This document shows, piece after piece, positions 27,590 to 41,742 of a DNA stretch of 64,000 nucleotides (positions are counted from its first letter, which is position 1; each line of letters starts with the position of its first letter). The notes beneath the pieces are model-generated. The model was not told the DNA's origin, did not search any database, and was given only the letters and a program-made list of their open reading frames with translations. Origin of the DNA: the human T2T-CHM13v2.0 reference genome, Homo sapiens; NCBI RefSeq assembly GCF_009914755.1, contig NC_060938.1; one strand, 5' to 3'. Position numbers and translations under genes: made by a program.

Positions 27590-28170
27590 CAGCATCTCAG
27601 TGACTAGCAGTGTGGCTTTATCTGGTCTAAGTTGTATTTGTTTCCAAACAGCTTCATCTGTTACAATGCTAATTGGGCAGCACAGAAACACTTTGCAAGT
27701 CGAATTTTTTTAAAAGTTAACTTACCCCAGCAATGAACACAGATTGAAAATCAGTTAAAAGCCAGTGAGAACAAATGTCTCTTAAATCGAGGATGGAACA
27801 AAGGGAAGGTGGGGGCACATCCCTTAATGTCAATAGGCAGAAAGCTGCACGTGCACAATGGGCATGGGAGGGACCACCCAAGGTGACTCGTGTCAGTTCT
27901 GGAGACCGACAGAGACCTGGAGCCTGGGGGCCAGGCTAGCCACCCAGAGTTCTGCTCAGGAGGGAGCCAAGGTGGTGGGGAATGGTCATATTCTTGTTCC
28001 AAGCTACGCTGTATCCACAGCCAATTTTCTTCTTCCAAGTATGACCAAAATGTCAGGAGGTCTGCACTCCGGCTGCTGTGGCCAGCGATCACACTCTTGG
28101 TGGATCTGGAAGGCTGTTCATTGGAGTGGCTAATCACTAACTAGAGTCATGGAATTATGCAAAATGTACA
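27590..28170. promoter_or_regulatory. Candidate Shh/Gli + SoxB1 neural enhancer ~8 kb upstream of NKX2-8
   Basis: Perfect GACCACCCA (27872-27880); Sox ACAATGG (27855-27861); AACAAAG (27797-27803); ACAATG overlapping ATGCTAAT (27663-27673). Mouse Nkx2-9 is an established direct Gli target with an upstream Gli/SoxB1 module. Confidence 0.7.
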
Positions 28171-28399
28171 ACCCCCTCCACCCCCCACCACAAGACTGCC
28201 CACACACCTCACTTTATTGTCAGTAGCATGCAGGTCTCTCAAGGGGCAGAATTTTGAGAAAATTATAATCCACAAATATATGGTAAGTAACTCAGGAGCA
28301 CCAGGCACTAAGCTAGTACTGAGGCTGATCTAGTCAAGTATAGTTAATAGTCCATAACAAGCAACCTGATTTTTCTTGCCAACATGCACCACATTTGGG

Positions 28400-28890
28400 G
28401 ATCAAATAGAACCAGATCTGGGTTTGCCATCTGGCTCTCCCAATAGTGCCTAAATGACCTTGATCAAGTTTTGTAATTTCTTTGAGCCAGGGTTTCCTCA
28501 TGTATAAATGGAAATAAAAATTCATACAGGGATTATGAGGATTAATGAGATATTTGTTTTGGTTGCTTGGCATAGTGCTTGCCCACAGTTAGTAGGTACT
28601 CAAGTGTGGCAATTGTTGCTGTAATAATAATGTATCTTGGGAGAAGTGAGATGCTTATGGAGAAGCTGAGTTTTACCCCCATATAACCAACTTGGAGCTG
28701 TCCTATACTAACTTTAGGATTATCAGTGACAGAGCTGTAGAGAACTTTATCTAGTTCTACCCCTTCCTTTCACAGAAGAAACGGAGGCACAGAGGGAGGT
28801 TGGGTGACTTGCCCAGCATCTCACAGAGCCTGGCTTGGAGCCCAGATTTTCCTAATGTAGGGTTCTTCTTACTTCAGCATACCCTGCATC
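28400..28890. mobile_element. Two MIR copies in opposite orientation
   Basis: gagccagggtttcctcatgtataaatgg (plus) and acagaagaaacggaggcacagag...gacttgccc (minus). Confidence 0.7.
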
Positions 28891-30858
28891 ATGAGTCCTT
28901 GAATAGCCTTTCTTCTCCTAACAGAGTAAGGGGAAAGCTGCCTATAGAAAAGGTGTCTTTAAACTCAGCAGCATTACTCAGACACTCCAGTCTCAGATTT
29001 TGGCCTCAGGCCTACTTTGCTCTCCTGGCTCTCAAATCTCTGCTGGCAATGCAAAGGCTCTCATCTCACTTTAATGGTAGGATAGAGACTCCCAAGCCCT
29101 AATGTTTTCATTTCTGGGTGGCTCTGTTGCTGCTTCAGGTTTTTTTCCCCTGGAGTCTCTGTGCTTCAGGATTCATTCTTTCTAGCATGTGAGTTCCTGA
29201 AGTAGCATTTGAATCCTCTCAATTCAGCCAGAGCATCTTGTAGTAAAAGTTCTCTCTCGTTAGCACGTGTGAAACACCACATAAGAACAGAATCAGACGC
29301 ATTGGAAACAAATGCACTTACCTGGAAAGGACCAGAAACAGGCAAATGTTGACTGCTTTAGAAAGGCAAAGGAAAATGCTTTGAGCTTTTTTTTTTTTTT
29401 TTTTTTAAGGTATAATTCTTCGCCTACTGAGAAAATTAGAGAAAAGGGAAAAGAGAATGGCAAATTAAAGGAAAGCTGTGTCACATCATTGTCTTCCTGG
29501 ATTTACCTGGAAGACAATGTGAATGTGGTGGGTGGGGGACAGGCTCCTGCATCCCTCATCTGTGCCAGCCCTACAGTGGCTGGAGAGTCCCCATTCTGCA
29601 GAGAGAAGCTAGCTGGCTCCCAGTCTGTCCTCAAAATCAAGGTCATATTATTTTGTTTTCCAAGTTCCTTTAGCTCTTACAGTCAAAATCATCTGATTTT
29701 CCTCTTAATTGCCTTCTGAGCATTTCAAATGTGCTAATTCCATCTTCCTAATTAGACTGTAAGCCTCTCCAGGATAGGCACTGTGTGCTCTGTATTTCTT
29801 CTGTATTCTTGAAAGAAAAACTTGATTTTTGGGGGGTTAACACAGAATACATTGGTAAATATGTGACAAATGGGCTTTTTGAGTGTAAAAATGCCTCATT
29901 AGAAGGGACATGTTTCTTCTTTGCCATAGTGCATCTAATCAGATAAAGGTATGGACTGGGATTAACTTCCCACCCAAGCGAAGTGGTATTAAAGCATTTC
30001 CCGCCAGAGGTATTGTGGAATGCCATGGGCAAGGGGTGTGTTGAAAGAGATCACCCTTTATTTGAAAGAAATGGGAGTCCTTCTGGTCTCAGATCAAGTT
30101 AAAAGGGATTTTGCTGTTTATACTCCGAAGTTCTTTTCCCTTGATCTGTATAAGACACAATAGATGATAACAGCTGATTGAGAATAGTTAGTCTAGTGTA
30201 TAAATATGTAAACATGGGTAAGTATGTATTTAGACAATTTAAAAGTGTGTCTCATTTACCCAATTATAAACAGCTGTCTGAGAGCAATTACGATTTATCA
30301 TGTAAATGCTTATTTGCATAATTCAAAATATGAATATTATTTGCTTCATAAAGACTGTAAATAAAAGGCAACCCGAACTTTCTCATGCTTAGAGTTTTAT
30401 GCTAAGTTTTTGCCATACAGAGAAAAAGAGCGTTTTGTTGAAAGCAGTATTTAATTTTGATAGTTCTAGCAGGTCCAAATAATCACTAATTTAATAAGAA
30501 AAGAGCAAGACTTTGAAAGGTGGTTGGCTGAGAAATAATAAAAGAGGTCATACTACTCTGCTGCTTTTACTCCTGAAAATTTTCTGTGTAAAGCAATTCT
30601 GCTGACGAATTGTTTTACAACTGCTTTCACTGAATGCAAATGTTTAATGGTGAATTCACTTGCATATTTTATGTACTACAATTTGATATACACATAATTC
30701 TTCAATAATATATCATTATTTTTTAATTGTATAATTACCAAGTGAGTATGCTTCCAAGTGTATTAAGGAACAACTCTCCTTAATATATAACTATTCTACA
30801 TTTATGAAAGCAAGTTATAAAATGTGGACATCAAAACTTCCATTCAGGTTTACCTAAT

Positions 30859-31533
30859 ATATTAATTTTCCAAGGGCTGTCATAACCAATTACTACAAAC
30901 TTAGTGGCTTAAAACAACAAAAAATGTATTCTCTTACAGTTCTGGAGGCTAAAAGTCTGAAATCAAGATGTCGGCAGGGCTCTAGAGAAGAATCTTGTCT
31001 TGCTGCTTTGTAGTTTCTAGTGGTTGCTGGCAATCCTTGGTATTCTTAGCATGAAGCTGCCTCATTCCCATCTCTGCCTCCATTGTTCACATGGCCTTCC
31101 TCTGTGTGTGTTTGTGTCTCTGTATGGCCTCTCCTTGGATTTAGGGCCCACCCTAATCCAGTATGACATTATCCAAACTAATTACATCTTCAAAGAACCT
31201 ATTTTCAAATAAGGTCAACATTCACAGGTACTGGAGGTTAGTACTTGAGAGCTCGTTTAGAGGTTCTAGCAGGGGAGTGCAGCTAGTCATAAACCCTTGA
31301 CTGAAGACAGGTCCTCCTCTATTGGGTATGGTCCTCCTCTTCCACTGAGTGCACAGCTTCAGGAGGGACACACATGGAACAGTGAGGGAGGAAAGGGACA
31401 CCCGCCTAGCCAGCCAGATCAGCCAAATCCACCCTAGTGATCAATGGGGTGACAGCTGTCACAGCCAGATTGCCCTCATATCCGGTTAGTACTTGAATAT
31501 ATATTTTGGGGGGACACAGTTCATCACACTACA
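30859..31533 (-). mobile_element. MLT1B/C-like MaLR solo LTR (split by the 7SK pseudogene)
   Basis: ttagtggcttaaaacaac...cagttctggaggctaaaagtctgaaatcaagatgtcggcagggc...gggacacagttca...ctaca. Confidence 0.85.
31249..31483 (-). pseudogene. 7SK snRNA pseudogene, 3'-truncated (~nt 1-240)
   Basis: Minus strand GGATATGAGGGCAATCTGGCTG...GCTAGAACCTCTAAACGAGCTCTCAAG matches the 7SK 5' portion with CpG decay; perfect 13-bp TSD GGTTAGTACTTGA (31236-31248/31484-31496). Confidence 0.95.
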
Positions 31534-34301
31534 CCCAGTGAGGACTAATATGCAAAGTACGGTTCCTAACTACTAAAGGATTCTGAAATATTGTCTGAAT
31601 TGCCATTCCCCTAAGAGTAATTTGTATTTTGCATGGTTTTTATATTATAGACAGAATATTATATTACATAATTTTAAAAATTGAGAATTCCTTTGTAATA
31701 AAGGTATATATAATATTATCATATGGTATATTAAAGAAATATTTATTCAATTTCCATTATAGGAAAACAATGTGAAGGGGATTCTCTCTTAACCAGACTA
31801 TCCATTCTTAACCAGAGCACCTCATTCTTCCATTATTTTTGACAACAAAAAGTTCATGATCTTTCCTTGATATTAGTGCTTTTCTTCAAGGATCTGTTGC
31901 TATTTTTGGTATACTAATTGTGGACAAGCCTTCCCAGGTGGATTCAATCTTTCTCTGCAGCTCTTCCTTGAGGTTAGGGGTCAATTCCTGACTCCTTTAT
32001 ACATTTTTTTTCATGTTTTCAGAAAAGGAACTACTGTATGTTACCATGGTAAACATTTTATAAAAGGTAGCTCATTCAGACCTCATAACCTTGGGAGTTA
32101 TGTTTTATGATAGTCTCATTTTATGGGTGAAAATACTGATACCCTGAAAGGGTCCAAAATCAGACAGCCATTAAGTGGTAGACACAAGATGTGAATCCAC
32201 ATATGCCTGTTGCTAAAGCCCCTCTCTTTGGAAGAAAGCACAGTGTGCCTGGCTGCATGCTGTTACTTCCTGGGCTCTCGTACTCCCCGACCTGTCCAGG
32301 AATGTTTTCTGTGCCGCTTCAGCTCTGCTGATTTTGCCATGTTTCTGCACCTCTACTGAGTGACTTCTGGTTCCTAGGAAGCATTGCCCACATGACTGGG
32401 TTAAGAACTTGGAAACCTGCATTGATCAGGAGAGAGCAGAATGTATCATCTCTTAAAAGACCCTTATCAATGGGTTCCTTGTGAAAATCAAAGCAGGGTA
32501 CCACAGTAGTTCATATGTGAAAAAACAAGCCCTAGAGTCTGAGCACAGGCATAGGGGTTGGTTTTAGAGTTTGGTGAGCAAGATCAGAAATCTGAATGAG
32601 TTAATCAGGACTAAGATGCAGTGGCAGTTTAAGGGCCTATCCCACACCAGGAGGTGGCTGATGATACTGATTAACCAGGAAAGAAGTGCTGAAAATCTCA
32701 TGCCTAAATTTGCAGCTATCATGGCCCAAAAGTATTGCATCCTCTCTCAGCTTAATTTGGGTAACGTTTTGCTTCTCTGCCTTTATCATGCGACTTCTCT
32801 GCTTCTCACTAGTTTTCTGAAAGCAGTTGAGTGGTTGTCTTATGTATGTGTCCTGTCAGCCCAACTAGACAGCAAGCTCATTGAGGAGGGTCTTTCTCCT
32901 ACTACATTTTGTGTTACCAAAGGTGCTCGTGGAGCTCTTCATTCAATCCCCAGTCCTTGACACTCAGGGAGGGCTACATCTGATGAACACAAATGAATGG
33001 GAAATTTGTAATTGACAAGCTGGGTGAGTAATTTTTTCCAAGTTGAAAATTTTGCTTTGCTATGAAAAGACATGCTTTGTTCACACCCAACATCTTGTCG
33101 CTCAATAAAAGATCTCACAGCCTTTATAATTTATGTGATGCTCAAATGCCAGATGACTGGTTCATGGCCAATTCCATTGTTAGGAGATACATGCAGAATT
33201 GGTATTTAGTGCTGTTTAGCTGAGATTCCTGCTTCTTTGTCAGGATCTTTTTTTCTTTTCTCTTTTTTTAGTTCTAGCCATTGACAATCGAATCTGATGT
33301 GGAACTCAGACTTCTGTGACTCTAAAATCATATATTCTAAAACCTAGGCTGAAAACAAACGCACTTCAATGCTTTGTTTTCTAAGTGTCCTTTCCTTTTC
33401 CAATCAGAAAAAAAAGATGAATTAGCATTTTATGGTGTCTATTAGTGGGGGACCAGTCAGGTCATAAAAGTGCACCAGGCAGAGGAATTTCCACACTGGT
33501 GTAACAATGAACTTCCTCTGGGTCCTAAACTGTCCCAAGTGAAACGAGAATCAAGAAACTCCCGCTTGAATCACCATCCTGGCTCAACAGTGTCTAAAGG
33601 TTATGACCTTTACCAGAAAACCAGGTAGAGCAGGTCCTGCCCCTCTCTTGTCACCTGTCGATTCTGGGGTTACAGAAAGGGCTAGCTTATAGGGACCTAT
33701 CTCCTCGTGTTACATTTAGCTGAGCTTCAGCTGCATGTACCACTTTCCCTAATGTTTTTCAATTATTTATTTCCTTTCTGGTTCTCATAGCAAGCCTATG
33801 GGAGAGGTTTATTTTGATAGCTCATTTATAGATAAATCGAAGCTTTGGTTGCTAAATATGGCATTCCAATTTAAGGAGAATCAGTCATTTACCCACTGAG
33901 GGCTGCTAATTTATTATTACTAGCTTATTCACCTATTTGTTGAATCAGCAAGCATTTATAGCATGCTTGCTATGTGACGGTAGCTGTGTTCTGAAAAATG
34001 ATATTTGCTTAATGTTTTGCAGTTTCTAGAACATAAAATATGCTATTGTCTTTGTTTCGTTTGCGGTTCTTTTAGGTAAGTATGATTATCTCTGTTTTAC
34101 AGATGTAAAAGCTGAGGTTCAGATCCCAAAGACTTGATGCAGGTAGGACCGTCGTTCAAGATTAAGCTAGGATGAGTGCAGAAGATTATCAAATACCTTC
34201 TGTTGGCACTGTTCTGAAGACTCAATAATGAAAAATGACCCAGCCCTGGATTTATGAGGCTAAATGTTTAATATGCACATAATCATAGGGTTTGCATATA
34301 A

Positions 34302-34627
<326 letters not shown>

Positions 34628-35609
34628 AGGATACTTTTAAGAAGGAAAGGAGGTAGGTACTATAATTATAACAGGACAACTGGTGTCATCTGGGATGGAT
34701 GGTTATTCTACTCCCTGCCACTTTCCCTTATCTCTCAGCCTGTTTGCTCAAGGAGACAACAATGAATCTCTAGAGACATTTGCCTTCACAGAACTGGGCA
34801 TAACCAACTAGTGTGAAGGTAGGGGCACAGACAGATTGAGGCAGAGGGGCAGGAATGAGGGAGCATGGAACAGTATCTGGACTGACTTATGTACTAACCA
34901 AGTTGCCAGAGATGAACCCAAATGAAGGGACGGGGGCTGCTATGGAGGTGGGCAGCTGGGCTGTGGCTGTCTCCCTGTTGCTTAGTTGAAGCTGCAAGAG
35001 GAAAGAGGGAAAATGAGCAGACTGTCTCTCCTCTGGACAAAATCAGCCCATCTGGTTTCACATTCGCTTCCAGTGAAGCCCAGCCCTGCAGTGCGTGAAA
35101 ATTCCCAAGATCTTTTTCAGTTTTTTTTTGGGGGGGGAGGGGGGCTGGGTGTCTTTTTAATACACTCCCCACCCCCAACCAGGAATTTATTCTCTAGTGA
35201 AACAGTTTAATATTATTAAAAGAATTATTCCCATGAGGTGAGCGTAAACCGTTAAAAATCCCAGAGGGCAGGGAAGATATCTGTCTTTGGTTGTTGACCC
35301 AAGGCTGAACGGAAGCAGTTGTGTTATTTAAGACTGTGTGTCCAAGATTGAGACTGAGTTTGTTTGCTGTCAAGCGGGAATTGTGTCTCAGAGCTGGAAG
35401 GAATTTGAGGAGATTATTGGTTCAGCCTCCTGCCTCTAGACAGTTAACTCCAAAACTCCAAACATACTTCTAAGGGACTTATGGGTGTGAGGGTAAAGTA
35501 CATCCTTCTCAGAATGTTGCAGAAGGTCTTCATGAGCTCACCCTGTCTCCTGCCAATCACACATCTCCCACCACTTCCTTACTTGAACTCAGTGCTTCAG
35601 CTATAATGA

Positions 35610-35800
35610 TGATAATGATGATATCGAACATCTTTGGAGCTCTTAGGATGTACCCCACACGTTTCTAACATTTTACCTGTGTTATCTCAATTACTCTTCA
35701 CAGTCCTATGAAGTAGTTCCTGTTAGTAGTATTTTTATGGATAAGGAATCTGAGGTAACAGAGAGGTTAAGTAGCTTTTCTAAATTCAAATGGCTCCAAG
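35610..35800 (-). mobile_element. MIR
   Basis: tttttatggataaggaatctgaggtaacagagaggttaagtagc. Confidence 0.7.
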
Positions 35801-36359
35801 ACTACCCAGGAGAGTGTGCAGTTCACTCCAGGATATTTCCTCTGTGTAGACCACCATCACCTGAGGTCTTGTGTCTGGTGTACTCATCACCTTGGAAGCC
35901 AGAGTTTGCATTCTGTGCCTCCTGAAAAGCTGGCAGTGCCTCCAGAGGCTGAGTCTTTTATGCTAAGTTTGGGCATTCACAGCGCCCTATGCATCCAGTC
36001 AAGGGGGCATGAGCTACCGTGGTTTTCCTGGCTACCTCTCCCTCTATGCTGAGAACAACTTGAGGCTAAAAACTATTTTTTATCTCTTGTTTCTAGCGCA
36101 TGGCCCACTTAGTCGGACTTCAAAACATTTAACCCCAAAAACTGTGTGTAGTCAGAAAGCAAATCAATAAAAGCTGGTGACCTACCTTTTCAGTGCTGTG
36201 GTGGGGACATGTCTAACCCATAGGGAGCACCAGCAAACTAAAGAAATGCAAGGCAAAGGGGGCTGTGGGTCTGGTTTGCAATTTTAATTTATAACTGGTG
36301 TTTAGCAACAACTATTTTAGACAATAGGCCATTCAAGACTAAATTGATTATAGAAATGA

Positions 36360-37245
<886 letters not shown>

Positions 37246-38214
37246 AGTGCATATTATTTAAGTATTTGGGAAACAAATTTAGGTTTTTAAAATACTGTAT
37301 GAGATATAAGATAAGTGAACAACGCTGAAAGATAACATGTAATTTCTTAATTAAACAAAAAATACCATCAAGATTTAAAAATGAATGAAATTAGATGAAT
37401 ATAAAAATAATTATAATAAGTAGAAGCTGGATGGTTTCATGGGGAGAAAAATGCATATTAGATATCAGAAGATTTAGTTAATAATATTTATGTTAGTAAT
37501 TGTATAACCCAGGAGAGTCATGTAGCCTCTCTTTGTCTATGTTTCTTCATTTGTAAAAACAAATTGGTTGAATCAGATGATTCCTGAGTTTCCTCCTGAC
37601 TCTAAAAAGTCAGGAGGACTTTATGCATTGATTTATCCACTATTTATCTCAGATGCATAACACCCTAATTTATAGATAATCTGGCAGCACTGCACGAGGT
37701 GCTGAGTGCGAATTTGTGGAAACCGCCAAATCAACATCAGCAGAAAGTTAGTGACTAATTCCTGAGCTTAGATTTAGTGCAATTGGGAGTAGAAAGAAGA
37801 AATTTTAATAGGGAAAGAATGGTGGGAAAGGCGTGGAGCTGCTGGGAGAGGCCATGGGCTGGGGAGGAAGACCTTTGTTTTGACAGAAATCAGCTCTGGC
37901 CACACGATAGGCAGTCAGGGTCGGAGGTTGATTGATCAGTGGTTGAGAGGCTGCCTGACAACTCACCAAAGGAAGAGCAAAGGCTAGAGGGGGTCTGACC
38001 TTTCACCCTCAGGCTCCCAGCACAGACTCCCTGGAGACTCAGTGTCTTATCACCCTGTGGAGTTAGAAGTGAATGACTAAAAACAAAGTTCCACCCAGGA
38101 CATGGGCAAAGGGTAGGTTTTTGACTTGTGCTTAAAAACAAGTGAAAGAAATGTTTTTGACTAGAAAGCAAGCAAGCTTTGGGCCCAAACTATAAAAGGG
38201 GGTAAAGAGAAAAG

Positions 38215-38410
38215 AGGAGGACTGTGAAATTCAGGAAGCGCTGTGTCCTAATCCTGGCTTTGCTGTGGTCTTGCTGGGTGGCCAGCAAGCCATTCACCCT
38301 TTTGAGCCTCATTTTCCTCTCAGTAAAATGGAGAGAGCAATGCCTGTTCCCCACATCATGGAGGGTGTTAGGAGAACCACAGATGCTGTGAGTGAGTGTG
38401 CTGTATAAAT
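38215..38410 (+). mobile_element. MIR
   Basis: gagcctcattttcctctcagtaaaatgg core. Confidence 0.65.
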
Positions 38411-39668
38411 CCAGTGTCCAAAGGCCTATTCGTCTTTCTCCTTGAGCCGGGTGGAACTGGTGGGGGTGCGATGAAGGGAAAGAGAGATACAGAGACAAAG
38501 AAGCAGAGAGACATCAGTGTCCTCTCTGCGAGGTACCTGTTCCTCTCATCACACTCCCAGATACAGCAGATGTTATATAATGGAAATCCTGCAGCCTAAA
38601 TCGAACTGCAAATTCTCTAAATACTTCTGAGTCAAAGAGCATTGAAATTCTAGGAGAAACATTGGATACTTGGAATACTCACATCCTTTTCTCATGTGAC
38701 AAATAGGAACACTATTCATTTCCTTCTCAATGTCATTATAATTTGCAGCTAGTTTTAGTTACTGTAGCACTTTATTTTGCCTGTAAAGGCTTCTAGTTTA
38801 GTGCTAGAAGTGTTGTAGTGCAGTGATGTTTGATTAAAATGTCATCAAGAGCAGAGGCTACATCTTTGGCTCGCCTTGTATTTTTAGAGGGACAAAAAGG
38901 AAATTCAAGTTTATGTTTCACTTAAAACTCAGCACATGCCTTCCTGTAACAATTATTCCCAGAATTGCATTTAGCTGTGTCCCTTCAGGTGCAGCAGGCC
39001 TGTTTGTAAACTCTGGCGTGATACAGGAACATGCTGGGTGGAGGTATTGGTGTATCCTTTTAGGGACAATAATGGCAGCTCATTTCTATTTATGGATTTA
39101 ATTGATTCTAATCCAGAAGGCTCTGAAATCATGATTCTGTGCCAAATACCTCCCACAAAGGAGGATGGTTTGAAGACCCCTGTCAATCACCCAGCAGAGG
39201 CGATGAGTGCCCAAGTATTTCTGATTTTAAGGAGCCCCTTTAAGCCAATCAATTGCAGAGATTCTTACTTCCCCTGAGCCATGCATGTATTAATTCTATA
39301 AGAGCACCTTTCCCATTAAAGAAACTGATTGCAAACTTCCCTTCTAATTGTGAAAATGCTCACCTGCTCAAAGTAAACAGTTTGGGAAAGATACCTTCAT
39401 TTTGCTTCAGTTATTTAAGTGAGGAGAGTGGAGTTTCAGCAGAAGTTTAAGAAGTTAAAATTCAACACCCATTCACAGTCATAAATACAGCAATTCATGC
39501 CTGAAGGGAGCACAGAAACTACAGAATAATCTTGTCGCCATCAGCCACTTTTCAGGGACCTCAGTTTTTTGGTTGGTTACAATCCCTAAGTAAGGGAGTA
39601 GTGGGAAGGCAAGTGTAAGGAGACATTGAGCTCATTATTGAGAAGGAATGATTATCAAAAACTGGAGA

Positions 39669-39926
39669 CACTTTGGGAGGCCGAGGCAGGCGGATTGCTT
39701 GAGCCCAGGAGTTCAAGCAATATGGCAAAACCACGACTCTATTAAAAAAAAATACAAAAATTAGCCAGGTGTGGTGGTGTGTGCCTATGGTCCCAGCTAC
39801 TTGGGAGGCTAAGGTGGGAGGATCACCTGAGCCCAGGGAGATTGAGGCCGCAGTGAGCTGTGATTGCACCATTGCATTCCAGCCTGAGCGATAAAGTGAG
39901 ACCCTGTCTCGAGAAAAAAAAAAAAA
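39669..39926 (+). mobile_element. Alu (AluJ-like), 5'-truncated
   Basis: Starts at ctttgggagg; TSD aaaaa(c)tggagaca. Confidence 0.93.
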
Positions 39927-40566
39927 TGGAGACAATCTAAAAATGCAGAAGTTGGAGAATTATTAAATTAATTATTGATTTTGGTATAATTATATGCTGG
40001 AATACTATGTAATCATTAAAAACCATGTTTTATGAAGAACGTATAATGAGATGGGAAAATGTTCATGACACACTATGAAATGTAAAAAGTAGTATGCGAA
40101 ATTGTGTGTATAATTTTTTAACAATTGGTATCCTAGAGAAAAGACTGCTTTGCAGCAGTTCAAAAGAATGAAGTAAACTTAACTACTCATGTGGGAAAAT
40201 TCCTAAAGCATGACATTACATCATGAAAGCACATTTCAAAATAATGTACAGCACAATCCTATTTGGGGGGAATGTTGGATGGGGAAGGTTGAAAGGGGCT
40301 ATAATGTCCTCTATATAATTTGAATTTCTGTAATAAGAATCTGTTTGTATATTATGAAATTTAAGATCACATTTTAAAAATTTAGAGTGGGAGAAAGAAG
40401 GGAGAAAAAATACTGGAAATGACTACAGTATTCACATCCCTTCCATTCCATATTGCCTTTCTAGTCACGTGTCCCTAGGTGCTATGGGGTCAGGTTCCTG
40501 TGAGGGAAAAAGGAGGGGAGAGCAGGGGCTGGGAGATGGCGTGGTTGTCTTTATTAAGAAACAGTA

Positions 40567-41630
40567 CTTCATGTCCAAAACACCAAAAGCAATGGCAACA
40601 AAAGCCAAAATTGAGAAATGGGATCTAATTAAACTAAAGAGCTTCTGCACAGCAAAAGAAACTACCATCAGAGTGAACAGGCAACCTACAGAATGGGAGA
40701 AAATTTTTGCAATCTACCCATCTGACAAAAGGCTAATATACAGAATCTACAAAGAACTTAAACAGATTTACAAGAAAAAATCAAACAACCCCATCAAAAA
40801 GTAGGCAAAGGATATGAACAGGCACTTCTCAAAAGAAGACATTTATGCAGCCAACACACACATGAAAAAATGCTCATCATCACTGGCCATCAGAGAAATG
40901 CAAATCAAAACCACAATGGGATACCATCTCACACCAGTTAGAATGGCAATCATTAAAAAGTCAGGAAACAACAGGTTCTGGAGAGGATGTGGAGAAATAG
41001 GAACACTTTTACACTGTTGGTGGAACTGTAAACTAGTTCAACCATTGTGGAAGACAGTGTGGTGATTCCTCAAGGATCTAGAACTAGAAATATCATTTGA
41101 CCCAGCCATCCCATTACTGGGTATATACCCAAAGGATTATAAATCATGCTGCTATAAAGACACATGCACATGTATGTTTATTGTAGCACTGTTCACAATA
41201 GCAAAGACTTGGAACCAACCCAAATGTCCAACAATGATAGACTGGATTAAGAAAATGTGGCACATATACACCATGGAATACTATGCAGCCATAAAAAAGA
41301 ATGAGTTCACGTCCTTTGTAGGGACATGGATGAAGCTGGAAACCATCATTTTGAGCAAACTATCACAAGGACAGAAAACCAAACACCACATGTTCTCACT
41401 CATAGGTGGGCATTGAACAATGAGAACTCTTGGACACATGGTGAGGACCATCACACACCGGGCCCTGTCATGGGGTGGGGGAAGTGGGGAGGGATAGCAT
41501 TAGGAGATATACCTAATGTAAATGATGAGTTAATGGGTGCAGCCCACCAACATGGCACATGTATACATATGTAACAAACCTGCACGTTGTGCACGTGTAC
41601 CCAAAAACTGAAAGTATATAAAAAAAAAAA
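40567..41630 (+). mobile_element. L1PA (L1PA4/5-like), 5'-truncated, ~1.06 kb
   Basis: ORF2 C-terminus ([15 protein letters not shown]...[14 protein letters not shown]), 3'UTR, poly(A), and TSD aagaaacagta (40556-40566/41629-41639) at a TT/AAGA site. Confidence 0.97.
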
Positions 41631-41742
41631 GAAACAGTAAGGCTCTGAGTTCAGCAATGGAAATCAGGCACCAGGCCAGCAAATCAGGTGGTGAGGGAGA
41701 CAGCACCATCAGCTGATTTTAAAAGGTCTGCAGCTTCTTTGC

